Source: Hypanus sabinus (Eukaryota). From it: a stretch of 64,000 nt of DNA. The notes under the pieces were generated by a model. The model was not told the origin of the DNA. It was given only the letters and a program-made list of their open reading frames with translations, and searched no databases. Both the position numbers and the translations under genes were made by a program. Below, piece after piece: positions 25,201-37,289 of this stretch; the first letter of the stretch is position 1, and the number at the start of each line of letters is the position of its first letter. Location: positions 21,824,001-21,888,000 of the forward strand of contig NC_082734.1 of assembly GCF_030144855.1 (NCBI RefSeq), in the 5' to 3' direction.

Positions 25201-28200
25201 CCTCAACTTCCCAATCCACTGAGACCCTCCCCTCCCCCTCAACTTCCCAATCCACTGTGACCCTCCCCTCAACTTCCCAATCCACTGAGACCCTCCCCTC
25301 CCCCTCAACTTCCCAATCCACTGAGACCCTCCCCTCCCCCAATCCACTGTGACCCTCCCCTCAACTTCCCAATCCACTGAGACCCTCCCCTCCCCCTCAA
25401 CTTCCCAATCCACTGAGACCCTCCCCTCCCCCTCAACTTCCCAATCCACAGTGACCCTCCCCTCCCCCTCAACTTCCCAATCCACTGAGACCCTCCCCTC
25501 CCCCTCAACTTCCCAATCCACTGTGACCCTCCCCTCAACTTCCCAATCCACTGAGACCCTCCCCTCCCCCTCAACTTCCCAATCCACTGTGATCCTCCCC
25601 TCAACTTCCCAATCCACTGAGACCCTCCCCTCCCCCTCAACTTCCCAATCCACTGAGACCCTCCCCTCCCCCTCAACTTCCCAATCCACAGTGACCCTCC
25701 CCTCCCCCTCAACTTCCCAATCCACTGAGACCCTCCCCTCCCCCTGAACTTCCCAATCCACAGTGACCCTCCCCTCCCCCTCAACTTCCCAATCCACTGA
25801 GACCCTCCCCTCCCCCTCAACTTCCCAATTCACTGAGACCCTCCCCTCCCCCTCAACTTCCCAATCCACTGTGACCCTCCCCTCTCCCTCGAGCCTCTGC
25901 TTCTCCCCTTCCCATTCCTCCCTGAGAAAGACTTGCCCTTTCTAGGACCTTTTCCCTTCCCCTCCCCCTCTCCCCATCCTCCCCCCTTCGCTCCCTCACA
26001 CTCACCCTCGTAGACCCCGAGACGCCCGTCGCCGCCACACAGCTGGCTGGACTGTCCGAAGCAGACCTGGTTACATTCCAGCAGGCTGGTCCGTCTCTGT
26101 CCGCGCAGGTCCGCCCTGCTACCGCAGAAACAGGCGTACCCGGCCTCCAGTCCTGCCAGCTAAGATGGGAGGGGGCGGTGGTGAAGATCTGGTGGTTTGA
26201 CTCAGCTACACCACCCCCCCTCCCGCCTACCCTTCTGAGGGATCGTGAAGTGCTGGATCCCTCCTCACATCACCTCTCTGACTCACCACACCCTCTCCGT
26301 CCCCCCTCCCTTCCTGTGCTGTGCACCAAGTTGGATCTAACAAACTCGTCCCCGTTACCCATTCCCTCCTACGGATCCCGGGGCTGGGGTCTCTGCTCAC
26401 CCTCATCCCTGGCACACTCAGCACCCGGGTACACACGGAGAGAGTAACACGGCGCAGAACGATTGGCAGACACACACACACACGAAGATGCACACTCAAA
26501 AAACACACCAAAGCGGATGCACGCACACAGAGACAGACGTACTCACACACGCCCGTCTCTGCTCACACCCCACTGGAAAGCCGGGGGAGGGGGCGCCCCT
26601 CGCCAGTGACAGGGAGGAGGTGTGGCAGCAGGGTACTTTGCCCGGGCCGTTCTCTCAGCACCCCCCAACGCTCACATACACAACGCGAGCCGATACGAGT
26701 CAGGGAGGACCACGGGAAAGTACAAACGCGGGCACTGGCTACAGGCACCCACGAGGTCCAAGTCACAATACATATAATGTCACCAAATAAAAACCCTGAG
26801 AATAATTTTCTTGCAGGAAAATATAGAAATCCTATTTCATAAATACAATTTATGAAGAATTGCGCACAGACAGGGCAGGAAAGCGGGTGTGCAGAGGGGC
26901 GCCGGTCGCAGAAGAGCTGGCGAGCATTCGCACACGGATTTGTTTGCACGCCAGCAAGTGTGCACGCAGGAAGATGTGTGCGGGAGGCTGCAGACACACG
27001 GGAGAGAATGCATGGGGTCGTGTACGCGAATGCACTGCCGGCGAGCGTGCATACAGGGGGAAGTGATAATGCGTACAAGGTGGTCAAGCGGCCCCCCACC
27101 CCCCACAGTCCGAGGCACAGCCTACCTACCTCGTAGCCCTTCCTGCGGCAGAACCGGACGCAGACCTGGACCGTGAGTTTAGTGGAGGTGCCGCTGCTGC
27201 CGCTCAGCGTCGCCGGGCTCCCGGTGTCCACGAAGCAGCCCACGTAACCTGGCACTGTAGAGATGGGCGGGGTCAGTGGCGGTCCAACTGGCAGCGGGCT
27301 GCGTGCCCGGTAGGGGTGTGGGCATTCACAACAGGGGGTGCACGTGAGTAAGAGCAGGAGGCTAGTGCGTAGAGTGTGCAGGGAATGGTGCATTGGGTGC
27401 GCAAGAAACTAGTACATTTATGAGTGATTGTGCCAGACACTCTTGCATTTCCATGGAGAAATTGGAGTTTTTGCTAGCGTGCGACAGTTGGTGCAGCCGA
27501 CAGTGTTTGGGAATTAGTGCACAGAGAAGTGTGCTTGCAAGGGTTCCGGGAATGTGCACGTTTGTGAGTATGTGCAAGAAATTACTGCACTGGTGAGTGT
27601 GCACACAACCGGTGCCCAGTTAGGGTGCCAGTGCACTTGGTGAGAGGAAATCATCGCACTGGCAAGGAGAAAATAGTGCAATGCCAAGTGTGCGAGGATT
27701 CTGTGCACCAGTGAGTAAGAATTCAGTGCATGGCAAATATGCAAGAAAAATAGTGTGTAAAAGAGCGTGCCTGAAATTAGTGCCCTGATGAGCGAAAATT
27801 CAGTGCATTGGCAAGTGTACAAGAAACCAATCGTTAGCGAGTGTGCAAGAAATGTACACGTTAGTAAGAAGATATGGGTGCACTGGTGAGAGAGTAATAG
27901 ATTAGTGAGTGAGAAAATAATTCAGTGTATTGGCAAGTGTGTAGAAATCAGTGCAGTGGTGAGTGTGCAGGGAATTAGTGCATGGGTGGATGTGCGATCG
28001 CCAACCGGGAAGCCGGAAATGATGCATCCGTGAGCGCGCAAGGGGAGAGTGGGTCAGCGAGCGTGCACCACGATGTGAGGTACTCACTTGTACAGCTGGG
28101 GATGTTGCAGTACTTCCAGTAAATGCCTTCCTCGCTCTCCGAGATGTAACACCACGGCTGCACATCACCGTCCGGGTTCCTACCACACCAGGGAGGGACG

Positions 28201-31200
28201 AGAGCCCGTCAGCCTCGAGGGGTGGGGGAGAGATAGGGCTGTACATCACGGTCTGGGTTCCTGCCACACCGGGTATGGGGTGACAGTCAGGGTGCTGGGG
28301 GGGGGGAGGGCAAGATATCACCAGGGAGAGTTGGGGGTGGAGGAAATGAGCGCTGAGAGGTGGTGAGGAGGAATGAGGGGACAGTAAGGAGAGGGAGGGA
28401 GAAGCGAAAGGGGAGATAGGGAGAGGGCAGTGCCGGGGCAGGGGGTGGGGTTGGGAGGATAGGATGGGGAGGGGATGACTAGGAGAGATGAGAGGGCGGG
28501 GGAGTAAAGGAATGGAGGGGAGGGGAGAGGAGGAGGGTGGAGGTTGTGGTGTGGAGGGGAGATAGGTAGGGGAAGCAGAGGGGGAATGGAGACGGGAGTG
28601 AGGGGGAATGGGGAGTAGAAGAGCGGAAGGAAAGGAGGAGAGCAAGAGGAGTGGGGAGGAGAGGAACGAAGGGGGTGGGAGGGTAGGGAGAGGAGGGGAA
28701 CGGTGGAGGAAGTGGCGAGCGAGATCATGATACCCACCGGCAGTAGTTATGATTCCCCAGCCCCCATTCCCCGTTGGGGTACACACGCGTGTTGTAAGCG
28801 TGCTGGCGCGTTTCGTTCCAGTACAAGCACCGCTTCCCGTTCTCGACAGACGTCTGGTCCTGGTCGCCCCGGTAATCGGCTCCATTCACCCGGAAACACT
28901 CGGAGACTCCTGGAGAGACGGGAGATCAGCCAGACCAGAGATTCCCGTGACTGACCCGCACCGGCGTCACCATGCACCGTTCATGTCTCCATATCCCCCT
29001 GGGTCAGACCTACACCAGGAGCATCGGGCACGGTTCCCATCTTCATATCCACCGGATTTGGAATCACACCAGGACGAGAGAGAGAGGGAGAGGGAGCGCA
29101 CAGGAGAGAGCGGGGTATCCCGGGAGAGGGATCGCGAGAAAGATTGCGCACGAGAGAGCCTTCCCTACACCCCTCCCCATCTCTGCAAACTCTTCTCTCC
29201 CCGTGCCCCTTCCCGTCTCTGATGCTGCCTCCTTCCTAGAGAGTACCATCTCTCCCCCGGAGACACCCACCTCTTTGTGCAGGGATTCTGACTGGATCAC
29301 GGGACAGTTGTGTGGAATTCTTCTCCGGCAGTTCCGTGAGGTTATCAGAGTACGGGAGAGAGTCTGTAACATTAACAAGCTGAGAATGGGTGTCAAGGAA
29401 TGGACGCTGTAGGAGCAACAGGCAAATTGATACAGACAGCAACACTGTGACCATGAGCAGATAACACCAACTCCCTGACTACCATTGCACGTAAAACCCA
29501 GACAGGAATAATGACTACAGTCAGGACAGAATAGAATTGAAGACCGGAGGCGCGTCGGGAGCTTCACTCTGTATCTGACACCGGGAGTGTGTGATGGGAC
29601 AGTGTGGAGGGAGCTTCACCCTGTCTGACCCCGGAAGTGTGTGACGGGATGGCGTGGAGGGAGCTTCACTCTACGGCAACTGTTAATTAGCTACAGCTCA
29701 GTGTTTAATACAGTCATTCCTATAGGTCTGATCAAAGAACTCCAAAACCTGGGCTACTGTGCTTCTCTCTGCAACTGGATCCTTGACTTCCATACCAGGA
29801 GATCACAGTCTGTGTGGATTGGAAAAGGCATCTCCTCGTCACTGATCATCAACATTGGCGCACCACATGGACGTGTGCTTAGCCAAATCTCTCTATACCG
29901 GGACTATTTTTCGGCGCAGCTCAAATGCCATCTGAAAATTTGCTGATAATAGAACTACTGTCAGCAGAATTTCAGATGATGACAAGAAGGCAGACAAGAG
30001 CGAGATATATCAGCTTGTTGAGTGGTGTCGCAGGAACAACCTTGCACTCATTGTCAGTAAGACCAAAGGATTGATTGTGGACTTCACACAGGTTACGACA
30101 AGGGAACATGAACCAGTCGTCATTGAGGGATCATCAGAAATGGAGAGGGTGAGCAATTTCAAGTTTCCGGGTGGCAACATCTCTGAGGATCTAACCTGGG
30201 TCGAACATATTGACATAGTCACAAAGAAAGCAAGACTGCAACTATGCTTCAATAACAAGAGAAAATCTTCAGATGCCGGAAATCCAAGCATCAGCGTCAT
30301 ATACAAAGTGTTGGAGGAACTCAACAGGCCAGGCAGTATCTGTGGAAAAGAGTAAGCAGACAGAGTTTCAGGCCGAGACCCTTCATCAGGACTGGAGAAA
30401 GAAGTTGAGGCGAGAGTAAGAAGATGGGGGAGGTGCTGGGTGAAACCGGGAGGGGTGGGGGAATTGGTGAAGTAAAGAGCTGGGAAGTCGATTGGTGGAA
30501 GAGAAAAGGGGCTGGAGAAGGGGAAATTGGATAGAGAAGGGTAGACCATGGAAGAAAGGGAAGGGCAAGGAGCACCTGGGGGAGGTAATAGGCAGCTGAG
30601 GAGATAAGGTGAGAGGGAAATGGGAATGGTGAAGGGGAGGGGGGGCTATATTTCGTTAGGAGCTTGAGGAGATTCGGTATGTCACCAAAGACATGGATAA
30701 ATTTCTACAGATATATCGTGGAGAGCATTCTGACTGGCTGCATCATCGCCTAGTATTGTGTGTGTGTGTGTGGGGGGGGGGGGGGTCCATAGAAAAATAA
30801 GCTGTAGAGGTCGTAAACTCAGTCAGCTTCATCACGAACAGTAGTCAGGACATCCCAGCGTCCAGGACATCTTCAGGGAGCAAAACCGCAAAGAGGCAGC
30901 ATCCATCAATAAGGACCCCCATCACCCAGGACATGCCCTCGTCTCATCAGAGAGGAGGTACAGGAGTCTGAGGGCACGCACTCAACGATTCAGGAACAGC
31001 TTCTTCTCCTGTGTCAAGAGATTTCTGAATGGACATTGAACCCATGAATACTACCTCACTAAGTTTTAAATTTAACTCGTAGATATAATTTTTACAATAA
31101 TTCAGATTTTACGTATTGCAATATACTGCTGCCACGTAACAACACATTTCATAACATATGCCAGTGATATTAAACCTGATTCTGACCCTTTGAGTGTGTG

Positions 31201-33086
31201 ATGGGACAGTGTGGAGGGAGCTTCACTCTGTGTCTGACCCCGGGAGGCTGTGAAGGGACAGTGTGGAAGGAGATTCACTCTGTCTCTGACCCGGGAGTGT
31301 GTGATGGGACGGTGTGGAGGGAGCTTCACCCTGTGTCTGACCCCGGGAGGGTGTGAAGGGACAGTGTGGAGGGAGATTCACTCTGTGTCTGACCCCGGGA
31401 GTGTGTGATGGGACGGTGTGGAGGGAGCTTCACCCTGTGTCTGACTCCGGGAGTGTGTGAAGGGACAGTGTGGAGGGAGATTCACTCTGTGTCTGACCCC
31501 GGGAGTGTGTGATGGGACGGTGTGGAGGGAGATTCTCTCTGTGTCTGACCCCGGGAGTGTGTGATGGGACGGTGTGGAGGGAGATTCACTCTGTGTCTGA
31601 CCCCGGGAGTGTGTGATGGGACAGTGTGGAGGGAGCTTCACTCTGTGTCTGACTCCGGGATTGAGTGACGGGACAGTGTGGAGGGAGATTTACTGTGTCT
31701 GACCCCGGGAGTGAGTGACGGGACAGTGTGGAGGGAGATTCACCCTGTGTCTGACCCCGGGAGTGAGTGACGGGACAGTGTGGAGGGAGATTTATTCTGT
31801 GTCTGACCCCGGGAGTGAGTGACGGGACAGTGTGGAGGGAGATTTACTGTGTCTGACCCCGGGAGTGAGTGACGGGACAGTGTGGAGGGAGATTCACTCT
31901 GTTTCTGACCCCGGGAGTGAGTGACGGGACAGTGTGGAGGGAGATTCACCCTGTGTCTGACCCCGGGAGTGAGTGACGGGACAGTGTGGAGGGAGATTTA
32001 TTCTGTGTCTGACTCCGGGAGTGTGTGAAGGGACAGTGTGGAGGGAGATTCACTCTGTGTCTGACCCCGGGAGTGTGTGATGGGACGGTGTGGAGGGAGA
32101 TTCTCTCTGTGTCTGACCCCGGGAGTGTGTGATGGGACGGTGTGGAGGGAGATTCACTCTGTGTCTGACCCCGGGAGTGTGTGATGGGACAGTGTGGAGG
32201 GAGCTTCACTCTGTGTCTGACCCCGGGAGTGAGTGCGGGACAGTGTGGAGGGAGATTCACTCTGTGTCTGACCCCGGGAGTGTGTGATGGGACAGTGTGG
32301 AGGGAGCTTCACTCTGTGTCTGACCCCGGGAGTGAGTGCGGGACAGTGTGGAGGGAGCTTCACTCTGTGTCTGACCCCGGGAGTGAGTGACGGGACAGAG
32401 TGGAGGGAGATTCACTCTGTGTCTGACCCCGGGAGTGAGTGACGGGACAGTGTGGAGGGAGATTCACCCTGTGTCTGACCCCGGGAGTGAGTGACGGGAC
32501 AGTGTGGAGGGAGATTTATTCTGTGTCTGACCCCGGGATTGAGTGACGGGACAGTGTGGAGGGAGATTTACTGTGTCTGACCCCGGGAGTGAGTGACGGG
32601 ACAGTGTGGAGGGAGATTCACCCTGTGTCTGACCCCGGGAGTGAGTGACGGGACAGTGTGGAGGGAGCTTTACTGTGTCTGACCCCGGGAGAGAGTGACG
32701 GGACAGTGTGGAGGGAGATTTATTCTGTGTCTGACCCCGGGAGTGAGTGACGGGACAGTGTGGAGGGAGATTTACTGTGTCTGACCCCGGGAGTGAGTGA
32801 CGGGACAGTGTGGAGGGAGATTTACTGTGTCTGACCCCGGGAGTGAGTGACGGGACAGTGTGGAGGGAGATTCACCCTGTGTCTGACCCCGGGAGTGAGT
32901 GACGGGACAGTGTGGAGGGAGATTTATTCTGTGTCTGACCCCGGGAGTGAGTGACGGGACAGTGTGGAGAGAGATTTACTCTGTGTCTGACTCGTGTGTA
33001 CGGAGAGACTCACCTCGGTGCTGCAGTGAAAAAGACTCTTGGAGCCGAACATAGATGAAGATCACAAGCTGGAGTTCAAACTGCAT
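22048..33086 (-). CDS. KREMEN2: Kremen protein 2 (Dickkopf receptor; signal peptide-kringle-WSC-CUB-TM-cytoplasmic tail), 9 exons, 1356 nt, 451 aa
   Basis: Exons: 33086-33014, 28909-28738, 28179-28088, 27254-27130, 26159-26006, 24565-24233, 23782-23672, 23190-23118, 22270-22048, with consistent phases. KREMEN2-type peptides: ECFRVNGADYRG, NPDGDVQPWCY, EEGIYW, SGTSTKLTVQVC, CGGDGRLGVYEVSVGSC, QGFALVYRG, WAVTY, SSLKSLL. It lies next to PAQR4, as at human 16p13.3. Confidence 0.93.
22360..23110 (+). repeat. Degenerate minisatellite of about 35-40 bp (GGAGAGG(A/G)CA(T/G)TGAGTCC(A/G)ATGCCCAGTCCC) in KREMEN2 intron 8
   Basis: About 20 diverged units; related inverted array at 48350-48745. Confidence 0.85.
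23118..23190 (-). CDS. KREMEN2: KREMEN2 exon 8, transmembrane helix
   Basis: AWALYTAVTLTGIIVLVTVCHLHK; strong pyrimidine tract plus tag acceptor; AG|GTAAAA donor. Confidence 0.85.
23672..23782 (-). CDS. KREMEN2: KREMEN2 exon 7, juxtamembrane stalk
   Basis: GLENDDVRTLTEAPRSFSMETEG...TGIA; ccag acceptor, CAG|GTATGG donor; phase 1-1; weakly conserved. Confidence 0.75.
24233..24565 (-). CDS. KREMEN2: KREMEN2 exon 6, CUB domain
   Basis: VSVGSCGGDLRSRSGVIYSPEYPDTYKPDSECFW...FLSNSVHEGQGFALVYR; 333 nt. Confidence 0.96.
24730..25885. repeat. 36/30-bp minisatellite (CACTGAGACCCTCCCCTCCCCCTCAACTTCCCAATC)n in KREMEN2 intron 5
   Basis: More than 30 near-identical units. Confidence 0.97.
26006..26159 (-). 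CDS. KREMEN2: KREMEN2 exon 5, WSC domain part 2
   Basis: LAGLEAGYACFCGS...CNQVCFGQSSQLCGGDGRLGVYE; 154 nt. Confidence 0.95.
27130..27254 (-). CDS. KREMEN2: KREMEN2 exon 4, WSC domain part 1
   Basis: MPGYVGCFVDTGSPATLSGSSGTSTKLTVQVCVRFCRRKGYE; 125 nt. Confidence 0.95.
27360..27990. repeat. Diverged repeat of about 25-30 bp (GTGTGCAAGAAATTAGTGCACTGG-like) in KREMEN2 intron 3
   Basis: Recurrent GTGCAAGAAA and AGTGCA motifs. Confidence 0.6.
28088..28179 (-). CDS. KREMEN2: KREMEN2 exon 3, kringle C-terminal part
   Basis: NPDGDVQPWCYISESEEGIYWKYCNIPSCT; 92 nt. Confidence 0.95.
28738..28909 (-). CDS. KREMEN2: KREMEN2 exon 2, kringle N-terminal part
   Basis: GVSECFRVNGADYRGDQDQTSVENGKRCLYWNET...GEWGLGNHNYCR; 172 nt. 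Confidence 0.95.
29680..31185 (+). mobile_element. Rex1-like LINE RT fragment, interrupted by a Penelope-like piece (about 30250-30645)
   Basis: [28 protein letters not shown] motifs; AAACCTGATTCTGA tail; inserted GATGCCGGAAATCC...GGAGGAACTCAACAGGCCAGGCAG block. Confidence 0.75.
31190..32992 (+). repeat. 50-52-bp satellite (CCCCGGGAGTGTGTGATGGGACAGTGTGGAGGGAGATTCACTCTGTGTCTGA)n in KREMEN2 intron 1
   Basis: About 35 units; short arrays also at about 23865-23970, 29555-29670 and, inverted, 44495-44820. Confidence 0.97.
33014..33086 (-). CDS. KREMEN2: KREMEN2 exon 1, signal peptide (MQFELQLVIFIYVRLQESFSLQHR)
   Basis: GCGATG start; hydrophobic core; strong G|GTGAGT donor in phase 1, matching exon 2. 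Confidence 0.75.
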
Positions 33087-33329
33087 CGCTGGTCTTTCTG
33101 GAAGAGCACCCAGCAGGAGGGAGAGAGGGTAAAATAGCAAAATTGAGGGTAACGTGGAGAGTGGGTATCAATGTTAGAGAAGATGGAGGGAGAGAGAGGT
33201 GACAGGGATATAAAGGGGAGAGAGGGGGAAGAGGAGAGAGGTGAAGTAAGATGGAAAGGAGAGAGAGAGAGAGAGGGGAAGAGATGGGGAGCGGAAGAAG
33301 TAGAAAGAGGGTGCTTCTCAGGAGCCAAT

Positions 33330-33660
33330 CAGTGTCCCAGGACCCGAGTCCTCAGGATGGAACAAGTAGCGGATCGAGCCCCAAGGCGGAGAAACCTGTC
33401 CTCCGCCGGCATCAGTACCCTCTCTCCTGTCTGTCCCCAACCCGGCACCGGGAGCATGTAGGTCTGTTCCGAGACTGTGGCAGAGACGTCCGCCGTCTCT
33501 CTGTCTCGCCGGCGCAATTACCCAGGGTCTGCTCGCGGGTGCAGGACCGACCCAGGCAGACTGAGCGAGGCATCACCTGCTCCCTGTTTAAGAGGAGCAG
33601 GGGGTGGGAGGAGGAGCTGCCTGACTCGTCTGTGGGAGCTGTGTGTGTGGGAGGTCGGGA
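33330..33660 (-). promoter_or_regulatory. CpG-rich putative KREMEN2 promoter / 5' UTR exon
   Basis: CpG enrichment just upstream of the signal-peptide exon; an acceptor-like ttccag lies 11 nt before the ATG. Confidence 0.45.
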
Positions 33661-35199
33661 GAGAAGGAAATGAGGGAGGAAGAAAGAGAAAGGGGGATGG
33701 AGAGAGGGACGAGGAGAGGCTGGGAGGGGGAGGGAGGAAGCGGGATGGGTAAAGGGTAAAGGAGAAAGAGGGACTGGGAGAAGAGGGAGCAAGAGCGGGA
33801 GTGAGAGGAGAGGGCGTGGGTGAGGGAGGGTGGGAGCAAGAGAGGTGAGAGAGGGACGGGGAGGAAAGAGGTAGAGGTGGAAGCGGGTAAAGAAAGGGGT
33901 GAGAGTTGGAGAGGAGGGGGCAAAAGGGAGGAAAGATAAATGTGGGGGGGGGGGAAGAGAGAGGCGAGGGAAGGGAAAATGTGATGTTCATCCAACTCCC
34001 TCAGACCATTCTCACCACCCCCCCGGACCTGTCATTGGACACCCCATTCTCGTCTCCCAGCTCGCCCGTCCGTAGACCGTCACACACCGTCCTCTCTCCA
34101 CCCTTGGCCACGGACACGCCGACCTCTCCCCTCACCCCAGTCTGGTATCTACTCGTATACTCACTCGGTAGCGAGCACGGGCGAAGGTGTGCGTGAGAGA
34201 GGACTGGGTCTATTCCAAGGAGACGTTCTCTGCCACCTTCTCCCGGGGCTGCTATCGTTTGAAGTGAGAGCCTTGTGTTTGAGAAGCTGTTTGAGATTTC
34301 GATTGATGTTAAAGAGAAAGGTTCTTTGGATTTCTCTCGAAGAGCTTTCATCAAAGCCCCAGATCTTGGAACAGTTCCCGTACCCATTTGTACCCCGAAG
34401 GCTTGTGTTAACCCCTACAATGCTAACTAGATCACCGAACAGTACAGCACAGGAACCGGCCTTTCGGCCCGCGATGCCTGTGCTGTACATGATTCCAGAT
34501 TAAATTTAAAGAACTTCTGCCTGTAGGTGATTCAAATCACTCCATTTTCTCCACGCAGAAATAACTCGTGCTCTCTGTGTAAAAAAAAAACTAGCCCCGT
34601 GCATCTCTGAAACTCTTCCCCTCGCCCCTTAAGACATCTCAAACGTGGGAAAAGATGCCGACTGTTTTACCCTGTCTGTACCTTTCATAACCTGTTAAAC
34701 TTCAATCGCGTCTCTACCCCCACCCCCAGCCGGTCCAGGGAAAACAACCTCTCCTCCTGCCTCATGTCCAGGCAGCATCCTGTTGAACCTCTGCAAAGCT
34801 ACCCCCCCCCCCCCCCCCAACCCCACACACACCCTCCCTGTAAGGATGCGACCAGATCTGGGCTAACCAGAGCTTTACTCGTATATTCAGTGCCCCGACC
34901 ACCGAAAGCAAGCATGCCGTGCGTCTTCTTAACCACCTTCCTTACTCTTGCGTCCAGTTTCAGGGAACTGTAGACTTGGATCTCTCTGAACATCGACGCT
35001 GTTGAAGGTCCTGCCGTTAACTGTCCTCTTTCCATTTGACTCCCGAGTGCACCACCTCAGACTTGCCCGGATTAAACGCCATTGTCTACAACTGTTCTGT
35101 CTTTTCCGAGATGCTGCCTGGCCTGCTGAGTTCCTCCAGCATTTTGAGTGTGTGTGTTATTCGGATTTTCAGCATCTGCAGGTTTTCTCGTGTTAGTGT

Positions 35200-35695
35200 A
35201 TAAATAATAATCATCTGTTCTTCCATTTTTCTTTCCAAAATGGATAACCTCGCATTTATCAACATTGTAATCTATCTGCCGTCCCTTGCCCACTCACTTA
35301 ACCTATCTATATCTCTCTGCAGACTCTCCGTCTCTGCTGCACTATTTGCTTTTCCACTCAATTTAGTATCATCAGCAAATTTAGATTCACTACACTCGGT
35401 CGACTCGTTAATGTATATCATTAACAGTTAAAGGCCCAGCGCAGACCCGTGACACACTGCTCACCACTGATTGCCAACCAGAGTAACACCCATGTATCCC
35501 AACTCTCTGCTTTCTATTAGTTAACCAATCCTCTGTCCATGCTAATACATCACCCCCAAATCTACACATCCTTATCTTATGGGTGAGTCTTCTATGCAGC
35601 ATGTTATCAAACGCTTTCTGGAAAACCAAGTAAATAACATCCATCTGTTCCCCTCCATCCACTGCGCTCGTTATGTCCTCAAAGTCCTTTGACAA
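35200..35695 (-). mobile_element. CR1-like LINE RT fragment
   Basis: DVIYLVFQKAFD..HRRL..K; DWLTNRKQRVGI; KFADDT; NVDKCEVIHFG. Confidence 0.85.
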
Positions 35696-37048
35696 TCCTC
35701 TACACTGTCCACAGCAGCACTTCGAGTGAACTTACTACCCCATCTCCATCTGTGTTTTTATCCAAGTCCAGTCCCAGTGTAGAACACTACTAGTCAGGAA
35801 CCTCCAGCCAGGATAGGTTCCATTGACCAGTACCCTCCGACTTCTAAGGGCAAACCGATTCTGAATCAAAAAGGGTAATCACTCTGATTCCCATGCATCT
35901 GAATCTTCTGGATCAGCTTTGACTTTGTCAAAGACCCTACTAAATTCCAAGAAGACAACGCTCACTGCTCTACCCCGAATCAATCACCCTTATCAATTCC
36001 TGAAAAGGTTCAATCATTAATACGTCATGAGTCACACTGACTGTCCCCAGTCATCCCTGTTCCTCCAAATGAGTGTTCATCCTGTCCATCACCGGTCTAT
36101 AGTTTCCAGGATTATCCTTATTTCCCTTATTGACTAACTCTTGTCCACCTGGACCTCAATCATGGCTCAAGAAGACACAAAGATCTTGGTCAAAACCCCA
36201 GCAATCTCTTTCAAGAACCTGGGTCATGTCCCAGGTGGCCTTGGGGATTTATCCACCTTCAAGGGGCCCAGCACCAGCAGATATCAAGATCAGGTTCATT
36301 ATCAGTGTCACAGAATGCTCAGAAATCTGATGGTGGAGGGGAAGGCGATGTTTCTGATTTGTTGAGTGTGTCTCCCCTCCCAGATAATAGTAATAAGAAA
36401 GCATGTCCCAGACGGTGAGAGTCCTCACCGATGAATGTCTGGAGGCACCGGCTTTTGAAGATGTTCCCAATGGTGGGGAGGCTTGTGTCTAAGAGGAAAC
36501 TAGCGGAATTTACATGTGATCCTGTACCAGGTGGTGACAGGAACAGTCAGAACTCTCCACTCTACATCTGTAGAAGTTTTGGTGACATCCCAAATCACTT
36601 CAAGCTCCCACTGAAGTAGAGCTGTTGGTCTGCTTTCATCTTGAGGGGCTCTAGATAGATCCCCAGGGATGTTGACGCTCAGCAACTTAAAACTGCTCAC
36701 CCTTTCCACCACTGACCCCTCAATGAAGGCTGGTGTTTTAAGTTTACTAACTGTGTGACCCCAAAATGCCTGACCCCACATGATCACATTGTTGTGCACA
36801 ACCTTCTGCTTGGTGAATACTTATGCAAGGCACTCATTTAGGACCTCATCCACGTTCTCTAACTCTAAGCACGAGCTTTCTGCTTTATCCTTGAGTAGTC
36901 CTCTCTCACCCTAGTTACCCTCTTGATTGAATGTAAACATAAATGATTGCCTCTTTTGGGAGGCTCCTTGACAGTTGATGAGGGATGAGCAATGAATGCT
37001 GGGAGGCTCCTCAAAACTCAAAGCGACAGAAAAAATGCTGCTTCTGGT

Positions 37049-37054
37049 TTTAAT
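37049..37054 (-). terminator. Candidate PELO polyadenylation signal ATTAAA
   Basis: ATTAAA on the minus strand about 235 nt after the stop codon. Confidence 0.45.
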
Positions 37055-37289
37055 ATTAGTCGACATGCCCCCCCCCCCCCCCATTGTCCCACCATAAGGC
37101 CACTGCCTCTGATTTTGAGTCTGTGCTGGAGATTGTAGTAAAACAGTCCAGGGGAGGGAGGGGGTTCCAAGCTCTCTCCCTTCCTCCGGAACGGCTGCTT
37201 CTCTCTCCCCTTCGTCCCCACTCCCTGCAGACACAAATCCAAGGCAGGAGAGAGGCCTGTCTGAACGGGAAGCATGGCTTCAGTTGCTT

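Noticed and set aside
24709-25945. Mucin-like (STSQSTETLPSP)n and (VDWEVEGEGRVS)n ORFs
   Set aside because: Artefacts of a 36/30-bp minisatellite in a KREMEN2 intron; no signal peptide or splice context.
29064-29567. 167-aa Cys-rich ORF in KREMEN2 intron 1
   Set aside because: Starts within a satellite unit with a non-ATG codon and has no recognisable domain.
31190-32992. Regular repeat array superficially like a CRISPR locus
   Set aside because: Head-to-tail satellite with no unique spacers, in a eukaryotic genome, with no cas genes.
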